Shown here piece after piece: positions 19,599 to 30,100 of a DNA stretch of 64,000 bases. The notes under the pieces were generated by a model. That model was given only the letters and a program-made list of their open reading frames with translations. It ran no database searches and was not told the DNA's origin. The stretch is from positions 89,214 to 153,213 of the IMG/VR virus record IMGVR_UViG_3300045125_000140; one strand, given 5' to 3'. Each line of letters begins with the position of its first letter. Positions within the stretch are counted from its first letter, which is position 1. Source of the DNA: a virus. The position numbers and the translations under genes were made by a program.

Positions 19599-20103
19599 CG
19601 GAAAACAAAACGAAAAGTTGGCGTCCGAGGTAACAGGTCTGGCGCAGACTCGCGGCTCCGGCTGCGGACTGCTGGAGAAGGGAGACCTCGGCGCCGACTC
19701 TCCTATTCACGTGGAGGCCAAGTCCACCACGACCAAGGTATTACGGGTATATTGGTCGTGGTGGTACAAGGCGATGGCGCAGGCCGCCCCGCGTAATAAA
19801 AAGATCGTGCTCCTGCAGCTGGCTTTTATGCAGCGATTTGTCGGCCCGGACACTTGCCAGGATTTACGCTGGATCGGGATGAGTGACACAGTCTATAAAT
19901 GCTTGTGGCCCGAACTTCCGCCAACCGTATTAGCTGAAAAAGCTACCTGGGCGTTTAGACAAGATAAAATTCCTGGCCTCGATAAAAAGGGCCACTTCAG
20001 GATTCAGCAAGGTACCGGAGCTATATGTATGGTTCCGGAGCATCAGATAAACATGACGATGCTAACCGCTGTTCTTAAAACTTTGGAGTCCTACACTGGT
20101 TGA
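19444..20103 (+). CDS. PD-(D/E)XK nuclease, Hjc-like resolvase candidate (start uncertain)
   Basis: SGKQNEKLA...GSGCG..EKGD......VEAKST pattern. Confidence 0.55.
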   Translation: MTRPLKPSRSTTTSSGKISDVLGQLWPEHHQQSPPPKKTKPNKHSTSLARDSGKQNEKLASEVTGLAQTRGSGCGLLEKGDLGADSPIHVEAKSTTTKVLRVYWSWWYKAMAQAAPRNKKIVLLQLAFMQRFVGPDTCQDLRWIGMSDTVYKCLWPELPPTVLAEKATWAFRQDKIPGLDKKGHFRIQQGTGAICMVPEHQINMTMLTAVLKTLESYTG

Positions 20104-20127
20104 TACCCAAGTACGGAGTCCGACATC

Positions 20128-20418
20128 ATGAACGATCTTTTTGACGAGTTTAGTGCCGACGGTTATTCATCTTTAATGGGGCAGTTTATTCACAAATTAC
20201 TACGGTGTTGCTACCTTGCCCCGGTCGATATCTCGACGTATAATGGTTCGGTTCTTGCAGCCTTCACGGACGGATCGAGCGTACTAATTCCCGAGAAGAG
20301 TTTTCGGGAGCTCGCCGCCCTTCCTGACTCAGCCTTTTCACAGGCGTTGATGGCGTATATCAGATATGAACCTGTTGCAACAAATGGCTCGGTTCTTCAA
20401 AACGGTAACGCCGGTTGA
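20128..20418 (+). CDS. hypothetical protein
   Basis: 96-aa ORF with upstream GGAG. Confidence 0.55.
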   Translation: MNDLFDEFSADGYSSLMGQFIHKLLRCCYLAPVDISTYNGSVLAAFTDGSSVLIPEKSFRELAALPDSAFSQALMAYIRYEPVATNGSVLQNGNAG

Positions 20419-21519
20419 AGCGAGTGATGTTCTAGATTTAAATGACGTAGTCGTACAGATAGCAACCAAGCGACCGATAAGGGCCAGATCCGAAAGATTC
20501 TGGCCCTCTTCTATTAACAACCCTTACGGGTGTGATCGAAAAGAAGCCTTATCAAGAATCGAGAAGATCTATACCGATAAGACTCCTCCGGATATCGGAT
20601 CGCATCGATATGGAGATCTCGGCAACGCGATTCACCACATCATCCAAACCGAGTATCTCGGTCCAAGCGGGATGCTGTTCGGCGGGTGGAAGTGCCCAAA
20701 CTGCCGGCAATCGTTTGGCGGTTTTAGCACGTACCCCAAAATGCTCTGCCGCAATAAAATATCGATAAGCCCGGTATCTGAATTTGCGGGATCAGCGTAC
20801 GCCGCCCAAGAAATAACCTGCGCGTCGGTCCAGATGGAGAAGATCCGAATGGGCGCAGCCGCGTGGGAATACGAGGAGATAAGGGTGTTCGATCCGGCGC
20901 TCAAGATCTCCGGGCGAGTAGACGGGATTATCGTAAACAACGATGCCGAGTGGTTTACCCTCGAACTTAAAACAACCTCCCTCTCGGATTTGAGGGGTTG
21001 CGTGCGGAAAAGATATCTGCTAAAAGATTTCCAGCCGTAGCCGGCACCATTTTAGAAGATGCTCCGATCCTCGTCGAGGCGCGGACGCAGCTTCCAAAAG
21101 CGGCGCACGTAACTCAAGCTTCGATTTACAGCGAGCTTTTGCTACGCGAGGCTCGGGCCGGTAACTTGTCCTTGAATCCTGACGGATATCGAGGAACATT
21201 TATCGCGTACATCAATCGAGACACTCTCGAGATAAAATCGTTCTTGCGGAAAAACTCGGCGGCCGTATTTGAATACGCGGCGAGCACCGTTAAAAACATT
21301 ATCCGAGTTGTGGAGATGGCCGATCGGATTCCATCCTCCGACGAAGCCGTCGAGCTCGAGAGAGTTACAAAAAACAGAGATCTCGTATTTAGACACTTAC
21401 CGAAAACTTGTAGTTCTCGGACGGACAAAAAAGCTACGGCTTGCCCCTGGCAGTTGGTGTGCTTTCCGTATAAGGATACGAGCAAGAATAAAGTTGAATA
21501 CTTGCAGGAGAGCGTATGA
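20366..21519 (+). CDS. Cas4-like PD-(D/E)XK exonuclease (split by a 1-nt deletion)
   Basis: WPSS..GCDRK, GNAIH, ISGRVDG, ELKT, HVTQASIY, C-terminal C..........C.....C; one extra T at 20989-20991 joins the two ORFs. Confidence 0.7.
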
Positions 21520-23108
21520 AGAAATCGAAGAACGTGGTTGCCGGAAGCCCGGCAGCAAAACGCGACGAGGAATTAACCGAGAAGGCGTTATCGCAGCTCG
21601 GTGAAGAGATTCAAAATACCGCCACGGAAGCGCCGTTCGTAATTCCGGAAACGGTCGAAAAGGTTATCGAACGAGCCAAAGAGCTCAACAAGGCACGAGA
21701 CGAAGAGGAGGTCGAGCTGTCGGCTCTTCTCTACAAGCTCGAAGCTGACCGCACGTATAACCAGTACGAGTGCGCAAACTTATCTGAGTTTGCTATTCAA
21801 CACCTGGATATGAGCGGGTCAAAGGCGCGCTCGTTGAGCGCGGCGTGGGGCCACTTCCTTAATCTCGGCCTTAAGCCGGAGATCCTCGGGAGCAAGGGCG
21901 GAGTCAGCTTTGTAAAATTTAAGCTCCTCCTCCCATGCATCACCAGAGACGTCATCAACAAGAATAACGTCTCCGAGTGGCTGCCGCTTATTAAAAAGGA
22001 GGGTGCGACCGCTCTCACCCGCCAAGCCATCGAAAGCAAAGTAAAAACGCTTACCGCAAAAGCGCAGTCGAACGAGGCCGACGATGACAAGCTCGTCCGT
22101 GTTTCTATTATGCTTCGCGGTTCGTTGTCGGAACCGTTCCGTCAACTTATCGAGATGTACAAGGAAGCTACGGGCGTAGCCAGCGATGGTGAGGCCGTTT
22201 TCCACGGAATGAACGCCGCCTCGGCGGCTGTTGTAGACCGTGCCCGCGGCCAAGCTACCGTCGGCGGAATCGTAAATCTTATGGATATGATCGCGCGCCT
22301 CGCGCCGGTCGCTCCCATAATCTTTTCCGATGATCCCGGAATTACGCTTGACACAATCGGCGTACCCGTGATAAATAAGGTTTATTATGTAGCTCAGTCG
22401 GATATTGGCGCCGGGTTCTGCCTTGCTCCCGATATTCAGTCTGCAGCTAAATTCATGAAGGTGGCGGAATCCGCAGTCCGCGTATTCCCGCTGCACGTCT
22501 CGCCGGAACTCAAACCAACCGTTAAGCCGGAGCTCGCAACCGAGACTCCTGCCGATGACTCAACCCAGACCGATTCAGAGGACGATATGACCAACCGTAA
22601 TTACACAGGGCCCAGCAAGGTTACTCTCGACGACGTCAACAAGACGATTGTTTTCACACTCGAGGGCAGCAATGAACAGATGACCGGCGTCGTCGCCTCC
22701 GTTAAGCCGGAGCGCGGTTACGTATACGTCAAGGGTCACCGCGGCCGCCCCAAGGCGGTCAAGTTTGAAAACGTCGTCTCGCTCCGTGAGGAGGCGACGA
22801 TTGACGAGAGCAAGAAGAAGCCGGGTCGCCGCGGCCGTCCTTCCAAGAAGGCCGAGCAGGAGACCCCTGAAACGGCCTCCGCAGGCAACGGAGCAGAGGA
22901 CATTCGTACTACCCTCCGAAACCTGGCCGAAGCCCGCGTAAAGGCTCTCACGGCTCAGGGGCAGGGCGAAACTGCGGCGGAGTTCGCCTCCAACCTCCGC
23001 GCGGTCGTTAGAGACGCTACAGACGCCGCAAAGAACCAAGGACTCAGCCCGGAAGGCGCCGAGCTCCGCGGACTCCGCGCAGGCATTGACTTTGTCTCCA
23101 GGAAGTGA
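21516..23108 (+). CDS. large hypothetical protein; C-terminal part carries RGRP (AT-hook-like) motifs
   Basis: 530-aa ORF; internal GAGGA-ATG at 22587; HRGRPK and PGRRGRPSKK. Confidence 0.75.
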   Translation: MKKSKNVVAGSPAAKRDEELTEKALSQLGEEIQNTATEAPFVIPETVEKVIERAKELNKARDEEEVELSALLYKLEADRTYNQYECANLSEFAIQHLDMSGSKARSLSAAWGHFLNLGLKPEILGSKGGVSFVKFKLLLPCITRDVINKNNVSEWLPLIKKEGATALTRQAIESKVKTLTAKAQSNEADDDKLVRVSIMLRGSLSEPFRQLIEMYKEATGVASDGEAVFHGMNAASAAVVDRARGQATVGGIVNLMDMIARLAPVAPIIFSDDPGITLDTIGVPVINKVYYVAQSDIGAGFCLAPDIQSAAKFMKVAESAVRVFPLHVSPELKPTVKPELATETPADDSTQTDSEDDMTNRNYTGPSKVTLDDVNKTIVFTLEGSNEQMTGVVASVKPERGYVYVKGHRGRPKAVKFENVVSLREEATIDESKKKPGRRGRPSKKAEQETPETASAGNGAEDIRTTLRNLAEARVKALTAQGQGETAAEFASNLRAVVRDATDAAKNQGLSPEGAELRGLRAGIDFVSRK

Positions 23109-23506
23109 TGAGCGACCCGGCGACAACCGATAAGTTCTGGACATTCCTTATCAAAGGGATGTCCTTCGCCGGTAATCAGGCATCGGCCACGGGATGGTTC
23201 GTATTTGTAACCATTACCGTGGCCGAGCCGTCCGACATTACCGCGACGTCACCGAAGCGGATGGATCTGCAGTACCTGACCCCTCCGGATCAGCCTGTGT
23301 CTCTCGACTTGACACAGTTCATTCCGGAGACGGTCACTATGCAGGACATCAGCCCAAAAGCTATAATGGACTATTTAACTCAGCTATTTAGCAGTCCATT
23401 CAAGCAAATTCCAAAAGCTCCCATCGATCTTCCAATGCATCGAATTCCGCCGTCGCAGCGCCGGAAGATGGAAGAGCAGCTACGAGCTCCTAAAAGAGAT
23501 CCATAA
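23105..23506 (+). CDS. hypothetical protein
   Basis: 133-aa ORF overlapping the upstream stop. Confidence 0.6.
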   Translation: MMSDPATTDKFWTFLIKGMSFAGNQASATGWFVFVTITVAEPSDITATSPKRMDLQYLTPPDQPVSLDLTQFIPETVTMQDISPKAIMDYLTQLFSSPFKQIPKAPIDLPMHRIPPSQRRKMEEQLRAPKRDP

Positions 23507-24043
23507 ATGCGTATCATGGGAATCGATGAAGGTAGTCGTAAGGCCGGCATAGCGGTCATAGATATCGATCCGTCGCAGCGGAAATTGGTCTATGCAACTC
23601 AGCTTCGGCTGGATAAGGCTCCGTACAGTAAGATGGAGGCGCCCGAGCGCATCTATCACCTGTACGACCAGATCAAGACGGCTATACGCGCGTATGCTCC
23701 AGACCTCGTAAGTTTGGAGCACATTCGTGTAAATATGGGCGGAAAGAATATGGACGCGATGCTTGTCGTCGCCCGCGCTCAATCCGCCGCCTCCATCGCT
23801 GCCTATGAATGCAAGATCCGTTCGATCGAGATTATGGCTAATCAGGTCCGCAGCTGTTTAGGGGTAAAAGCCAAACGCAGGGATGAGGCGAAGGACGCCA
23901 TGCGCGAAGTGGTCAATAAGATGTTTGCCGAGGACCTAGCGTCGCTCGGATTTATTGACGGCATCGTTAAATCGGCGGAAGACGTCTCGGACGCAATAGC
24001 GCTGGCATTAGCGGGAAACTATTATGGTACGAGAAAATCCTGA
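23507..24043 (+). CDS. ruvC: RuvC-like Holliday junction resolvase
   Basis: IMGIDEG, SLEHI, DVSDAIALAL catalytic acidic residues. Confidence 0.85.
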   Translation: MRIMGIDEGSRKAGIAVIDIDPSQRKLVYATQLRLDKAPYSKMEAPERIYHLYDQIKTAIRAYAPDLVSLEHIRVNMGGKNMDAMLVVARAQSAASIAAYECKIRSIEIMANQVRSCLGVKAKRRDEAKDAMREVVNKMFAEDLASLGFIDGIVKSAEDVSDAIALALAGNYYGTRKS

Positions 24044-24212
24044 AGATTCCTTGGTTAAATACGGAGATACCCACTGTCCAGCATGCGGGTCAGCCGACGT
24101 TAAAATTGAGGAAGTTCGATTTCCTCACAAGACGTTGGTGCAGCTGCTCGGAGAGTGTCTGACTTGCAAACATCTCTGGGTTGAAGATCTTTTGGATGAA
24201 GCGCGGGAGTAA
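24024..24212 (+). CDS. small zinc-ribbon protein
   Basis: CPACG...CLTCKHLW. Confidence 0.55.
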   Translation: MVRENPEDSLVKYGDTHCPACGSADVKIEEVRFPHKTLVQLLGECLTCKHLWVEDLLDEARE

Positions 24213-24228
24213 TATACATAACGGAGTT

Positions 24229-24573
24229 ATGATACCGTACTGGATATCTAAAACCGTATATAATAAACTTACTCGAATAAAGGTAAAGACAGGTCGGTGT
24301 CTGATTGATATATTTAACGTAGCAATCAGACACCGATTTGTGTATTCAAGCGTATATAAAGAGCCGACGTCCGAACCTCGGCCGCTAAGAAAAAAGCTGC
24401 GAGTTTCGAGAGCGACTGCTTTAGAGCTGTCTGAATTAGCCTGGGACGCTGGACTTAGTCGGTCCAGGTACCTAGCAGACACGATTACTCTTTTTTTACG
24501 TTTTATTGATCAATCAGTCTTGTGCGATATTTTAGTTCGTGGTAAAGATATCAGGGATCGAATGTTGGAGTAG
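24229..24573 (+). CDS. tandem ribbon-helix-helix-like regulator
   Basis: GGAG SD before ATG 24229; two strand-helix-helix segments (IPYWISKTVYNKL..., LRVSRATALELSELAWDAGLSRSRYLADTI). Confidence 0.5.
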   Translation: MIPYWISKTVYNKLTRIKVKTGRCLIDIFNVAIRHRFVYSSVYKEPTSEPRPLRKKLRVSRATALELSELAWDAGLSRSRYLADTITLFLRFIDQSVLCDILVRGKDIRDRMLE

Positions 24574-24576
24574 TAT

Positions 24577-25011
24577 GTGAACAAAGATAAATTGTCCGCT
24601 GACGTGGCTAAGAGGATGCGGGAAGTTGAGGATCAGCTCACGGCTGCGCCCGCGCATCTCGACGCCAGAGAACTGCTGCTCAAATTTACTGACGTTCCGG
24701 TATCCGGTGTAGATGCTTGCCCGGATGCGCTCATCTCGCACGCTGTGCAATACTTAGGCACACACTGCAAGATTATCTTTCACATAAAGAACGTCTCCAC
24801 GGCTCTGATGGAATCTCTAGCCGACGAGGGTAAAAAGATCTGCGTGGACGTGCTTAACAAGCTCGCAGCGCCTGTTACCGTCGACGCCGGCAGAAGTCCG
24901 GTGTTCAGAGGTCAGTGGGATTTTGTAGCCTGGGGCATTCCCATCCTGAGATCCTCTGAACTGGAGAAGCACATATTAAAGTGCTTCATTAACAAATTAA
25001 AGGAGGTTTGA
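24577..25011 (+). CDS. hypothetical protein
   Basis: 144-aa ORF with GGAG SD. Confidence 0.65.
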   Translation: MNKDKLSADVAKRMREVEDQLTAAPAHLDARELLLKFTDVPVSGVDACPDALISHAVQYLGTHCKIIFHIKNVSTALMESLADEGKKICVDVLNKLAAPVTVDAGRSPVFRGQWDFVAWGIPILRSSELEKHILKCFINKLKEV

Positions 25012-25860
25012 TTGTCCAATGAAATCAAAGATCTTTTTGATTCGGACGACATTGCCAGGCCGCCATTCAATCCGCTTGAAGAGCGCGCATATCTCGAAAT
25101 AATCCATATAAATTGTCAGGGCGACAATCACATTGAGGATCATAATTGCTCCGCTCGAGACGAATTTATAAAACGGAATATGAAACTGGTGCTCGCCTGC
25201 GCCAGACGCTTTGTGTCCGAGAGTGACCCAAGGCTGCCGGATCTAGTGTCTGAGGGCGTGCTTGGGCTGATGCGCGGGATCGACAAGTTCAATATCGATA
25301 AGGTAGGTACAAACGGAAAACCCTACCGGTTTTCAACCTACGGAATGTGGTGGATTCAGTCTCTTATTAGAGAGGCTCTCGGTATCGGCGATAACCGAGT
25401 CATCCGACATAAGTCGTATCACGAGCAATTTAAGAAGGCTCGAGACGAGATATCCGCGGCTACCGGAATTAAGAACATAAATGACGAAGAAGTTTACATC
25501 TACCTAGAAGAGGTCAAAGGCTGGCCGCACGCCAAGATTGTAAAACTTCGGGCAGATACGGATAGAAGAATTGTTCCGGTAACCTCGATCGAGGATCCTC
25601 CGGACGGAAGCATCGAGCCCATCGATCAGATGCTTTTGAAAGAACGCTCCGAGCTTTTAAACAAAGAACTTAGCAACATGTCGTTCGAGGACGTGTACCT
25701 GCTTATGCAGCATTATCACTCGGGCGATACGTACGACGACATCGCGGAGGCGTTTAATTTAAGCCGCGAAAGAATTCGTCAGCGCGAAAATGCAGCACTT
25801 CGACAGCTATGGTCGCGGCTGTCTTCGGTTATCGGTACTAACCCTGAGCAGCGGACGTAG
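25012..25860 (+). CDS. sigma70-family RNA polymerase sigma factor (regions 2, 3 and 4)
   Basis: NMKLVLACARRF, DLVSEGVLGLMRGIDKF, RFSTYGMWWI; region 4 TYDDIAEAFNLSRERIRQRENAALRQL. Confidence 0.92.
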   Translation: MSNEIKDLFDSDDIARPPFNPLEERAYLEIIHINCQGDNHIEDHNCSARDEFIKRNMKLVLACARRFVSESDPRLPDLVSEGVLGLMRGIDKFNIDKVGTNGKPYRFSTYGMWWIQSLIREALGIGDNRVIRHKSYHEQFKKARDEISAATGIKNINDEEVYIYLEEVKGWPHAKIVKLRADTDRRIVPVTSIEDPPDGSIEPIDQMLLKERSELLNKELSNMSFEDVYLLMQHYHSGDTYDDIAEAFNLSRERIRQRENAALRQLWSRLSSVIGTNPEQRT

Positions 25861-26407
25861 GACCGGAATCGGCAGCCGCGGCGTCGAGTTTCTTTTTATT
25901 ACGAAGCGCGGAAACTGCGGCAGCAAGACCGAGTCCTGTGAGTCCGATCAGCGGCAGGTTCAGCGTAGATCTCTCACTTTGAGGATAGGCGCCTCGAGCG
26001 GCCGCGGCTTGCGCGAACGACTGCCCGGCCTTGCCTTCACCGAATGCCTCGAACAGGCCGGAAAGCTCCGCCTTGGTGTCCTCTGGAAGTTTGCCGAGGT
26101 GGCGGCGCATACCGGCTACCGACTTAAATATCTTCTGAAGTTCGGCCGGCGATTTTCCTTCGAGCCGCGCACGAAGAAGCAGATTCTGCATTAACTGATC
26201 TTCGTCGTGCTTACCGGTGAGCGATTTTACTCGCTCACCCAAACCGAAGATCTTTTCGCGAGCCGCGTCTGCCGTAGCCTCACCCACGTCTTTAGCCGTA
26301 TCGACGGTCGCTCTTACCGGGCTCATGAGAATTGACTTGAGCACAGACTCTTTAGCAGCCTGCTTTATCAACTCGTCCATGAAGCCGAAATAGATGCGAT
26401 TCGCCAT
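25838..26407 (-). CDS. putative virion/head-associated protein with N-terminal FMDELIKQAA tag and C-terminal TM
   Basis: 189 aa; LIGLTGLGLAAAVSAL hydrophobic segment. Confidence 0.65.
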   Translation of the reverse strand: MANRIYFGFMDELIKQAAKESVLKSILMSPVRATVDTAKDVGEATADAAREKIFGLGERVKSLTGKHDEDQLMQNLLLRARLEGKSPAELQKIFKSVAGMRRHLGKLPEDTKAELSGLFEAFGEGKAGQSFAQAAAARGAYPQSERSTLNLPLIGLTGLGLAAAVSALRNKKKLDAAAADSGPTSAAQG

Positions 26408-26421
26408 GATAACAGTATACC

Positions 26422-27135
26422 TCAGACGCCGGTTACGATGGACTGGAACGGGGACAGTCTGTCGAACGTTCCGGTAACTATTTCGGCCAAGAACACGGTA
26501 GACGTTTCTACCGAGAACGAGTGCGATTGGACATACGCATCTTCCATGTACATGGCCGCGTATCCGCGATTCTTGGAGTCACGGAAATAAACCGCCATGC
26601 CGAACGGAACGTTAAATAGTTCCGACATCATGTTCATCCAGAAATCTCGGTTCTGGTTTTCTGCGGTAAGGCCGCCGGATCCCGGCTCGATGATACGGGT
26701 CTGGTCTTGGGAAAACAGCGCCTCGTACTTCGGCGAACGCGGGGTGTTGCCCTCGTTATCCTTAAGCTTGTTGCCCCACTTGCCGGCTGTTTCGATAGGA
26801 GCTAGGGCATAGAGAAGGCGCATGAGTGACGGGCCATAGAACAAGGTGCGCGTCATCTGGAAGTCGCCGCGGAGTCTGTTTGGGATGAAGTAGGCGCGCT
26901 TGGAGCCGACTTCATACAAACGGTTGACTTCGCGCGCCTGGTCAAATCGGAATGAGCCAACCAATCCGATCGGGAAGAGCGGATACTTCGCCGAACCCTG
27001 CTCATTTACACCTTCGGTAAAGGTTAGCTGGGAAGGACCGGCGAGGAGAATGGTGGACTCTGTCGAGATGTATTCACCATTCTCAATCTCTTTCTGAACG
27101 TGCTCGGAGGTAAAATTAAAGTCGGTTCCAGCCAT
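26422..27135 (-). CDS. tail tube protein
   Basis: Follows the sheath; PIGLVGSF.F.Q.R...RLYEVGSKR motif of contractile-tail tubes. Confidence 0.75.
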   Translation of the reverse strand: MAGTDFNFTSEHVQKEIENGEYISTESTILLAGPSQLTFTEGVNEQGSAKYPLFPIGLVGSFRFDQAREVNRLYEVGSKRAYFIPNRLRGDFQMTRTLFYGPSLMRLLYALAPIETAGKWGNKLKDNEGNTPRSPKYEALFSQDQTRIIEPGSGGLTAENQNRDFWMNMMSELFNVPFGMAVYFRDSKNRGYAAMYMEDAYVQSHSFSVETSTVFLAEIVTGTFDRLSPFQSIVTGV

Positions 27136-27142
27136 GATGACC

Positions 27143-30100
27143 TCAGATGTAGATTGTTATATCGGCATGAGCCGCGGTGTAGTATGGGCGTACCTGGTAC
27201 GAAACCAGGAACGTGTCGGCGCGTACCGGATCTTCCGTAACGGATACGAGAACGATCTCGCGCATCTCCTTGTTGGAGATTACGTCCTTGATGACCGCGC
27301 CGGACAATACCGAGAAGAGGTCAAAGAACGAGCGGTCAAGGATCGTCGATCCGATTATGGGAGAAATCTGCTTACGGAGGCGGCGAGCGAGATTATCTAC
27401 CTGAGTCGTTACCGACTCTTCGAGATAATTAAGCTGTGTCACGTCGGTTGTTACAGCGCGGATAGCCTCGACGTTCGAGTTGTCTCCGGCGAGCTGGACC
27501 AACACGAAGTTGCCGCCGTCGAGGATCTTATCCAGGTCGGTATCGGCTGAGCCGCCGCCTTGAACAAGGCGCTGGACGCCGGAGAACGGGCGGCGCGTGA
27601 GCGTCGCCGACGCCGGGATGCTCGACCGCATTGCTGCCAAGATCGAGGCCGGGTACCAACCACCGACTTCGTAGTTTGCCACGGTCCCGCCGCCGTAAAT
27701 GCCTACCGAGGTGTCGTTCGGATTCGTGACGTCCGAGAACGTAACGAGGCAGCGATCGGGGTAGACGTTGCGGAAGCGGCGATTCTTGATCGTTGCGGGA
27801 TACGCAGCGATTGCATCGCGAACCTGCGTTGCCGAGAGCGGCTTCGACTTGATGGTGATCGACGAGAGAACAACACCGCCTGTCAGGGTTATCGGATCCG
27901 TCGAGCGGCGGAGGAGGGTTAACGTCGAATCACCTGAGGTGCTTACGCTAACTACCCGCATGTCCGACACCGAACCAGACACGAAGCCCTTATCAGCGAC
28001 CTGGCCGAAGTACTCGAACGAGACGAGGTCGCCCGGAATTACGCCAAGAGCAGGGAGTCCTTTATCGGTGCTCCACGTGATCGTCGGAGTTGCCGACGCC
28101 GACGTGCAAACAAACTTGGCTGTATCCAGAGCCGCGGCTGCCCAGGTGTATCTGGTGATCTGCGACTCCTGACGATGCGACTGGAAGAGGATCCGTTCGC
28201 GCTTGTTTTCCGGCTGGCTTTCGAGCTCCACGTGAGCTCGGAAAAGGCCAAGATACGTCTCGTTTTGAGTGAGCGGGGCAACCGAGTAGACCTGGCTGGT
28301 CTTGATCAGGTTGATTGCGTTTGTCCAGCCGGAAGAGGTGTCCGCTGAAACCTGCGCGCAGTAAACCGGCACGGTCGTGTTTGACACCGCAGCAGCGGCC
28401 GCAAATCCGAGCGGATTGTGCGGAACTGCCGGGCCGAGAATCGATTCGACCGTATCGGCGTTTACCTCGATGAGTTCTCCGGCGTGATCATTTCTAACCG
28501 ACGCAAAGGACACGAGTACGTCCGCCACCAGAGAGGACACTACCTTACGAACCTGGTAATTCACATCCTCAAGAGCGTCCGCGACTTCGATAGTCGTACG
28601 CAGGCCGTCGTACGCAGTACCGGTGCTCGTTATGATACCGGCCGTATCCTTGACGACCACGGACGTTTCGCCGACTACCTTGGTGACGATGAGTTCGGCC
28701 GGCGTCGGCTTTGCGGTGACTACCGGGAGCGCAAAGCTCGCCGAGTACGTCAAACCAGCCTTCGTATCCGGAACAACCGTAAACAACGTTGTCGAGCTAG
28801 CCGCCGTAATCTTGAACAAGAGTATGCCGGTTTGCGAGAAAACGAGATCGTTTACAGCCAGGGCAGTGCCCGGAGCCGAATCAAGATTCATGGTCCAAAC
28901 GCCGCTGGAGAGCGTGAACTGCGCCTTTGCAATCGATGCCGCAGCCGCAACCCCGTCAATTACGAGAGCGTTAGCTGGCATGCCGCTGGACGGAAGGTAC
29001 GTGGGAACGTCGTTTCCGTAAATGTCCGTGACGACCAATGAGCTGCTCGTTCCGCTCGTAACCTTAAAGGCTACCTTGGCGCGAATCGACATGACGATTA
29101 CTGTGCTTGTTCCAGCTACCGGCGCGGTCTCAAGGGTGAGCTCTGCGCCCGAGTTGTTGACCGAAACGATTGTCGAGAACAGGCGATTAACGAACGCGGT
29201 ACCGCTAAGGACTACGACCTTGTCGCCGGACTTAAACGCGCTGAATGGCGTTCCCGACGCGGCAGTCACGGTTTTGGCAGTGTTGTCTAATACAACGCCT
29301 GTCTCTCTTACCAAACGATCCGAGCAGATAACGAGGTCATCAGCCGCCGGAGACGAGAACGTTCCGGAGATGGTGCGGCTTCCCGCATCACCGACGACGG
29401 TTGCGGCAATTACCGTATTGCGAACTGTTTCAATGCCGTCCTTATAAAGCTCGTACGCGCGTTGAGGCTTGCCGGCAGATCCAGCGATATCCGAATCAGC
29501 GATAGTTGGCGAAACTGCTACGGCCGAGAATCCGGTGCCGGTTCCGGAAGTAAGGAGCATGAACGCCGGATATTTTACGCCCAGGTCGTTTGAAAGATAG
29601 ACGAGATCGCCGACCTTAGCGGTAACCGAGCCGCTAAACGTGATCGTGCGCACGCCGGAAGAGTCTGCGGCGGTGAAGCTTAGCTTGTTGCCGATTATTT
29701 GACGACCATCCCAGCCTTGCACGGTGACGATATCGCCGGCTCTTACGCCTTCGGTAACAAATCCGTCGTAGACTGTCCCGGCGTCGCCCGTGTAAGTAAG
29801 CGTTCTATAAAGACCGGTCGCAGCCGATATAGAGACCTTCGAGTCATCGGGACCACGATCTATCCGGTCAACGGAGAGAGTTGTATCATCGACAACGGAG
29901 GACACCGTAAAAGCTTGGCGGCCGTTTACGCTGATAATATCGTTTGCCGCAACTTGATCTGTGACAAAGTCCGCCGACGGATCAGTGAAGTATCCGGTAA
30001 CGGCATTGTAGTTTCCGGTAGATCCGGTAACCGTATCAAAAATCGCCGTGGTCGTTGGCGACAAATCAAACGTCGGAGGCGTAACTCCGAGGTTGAAGGT

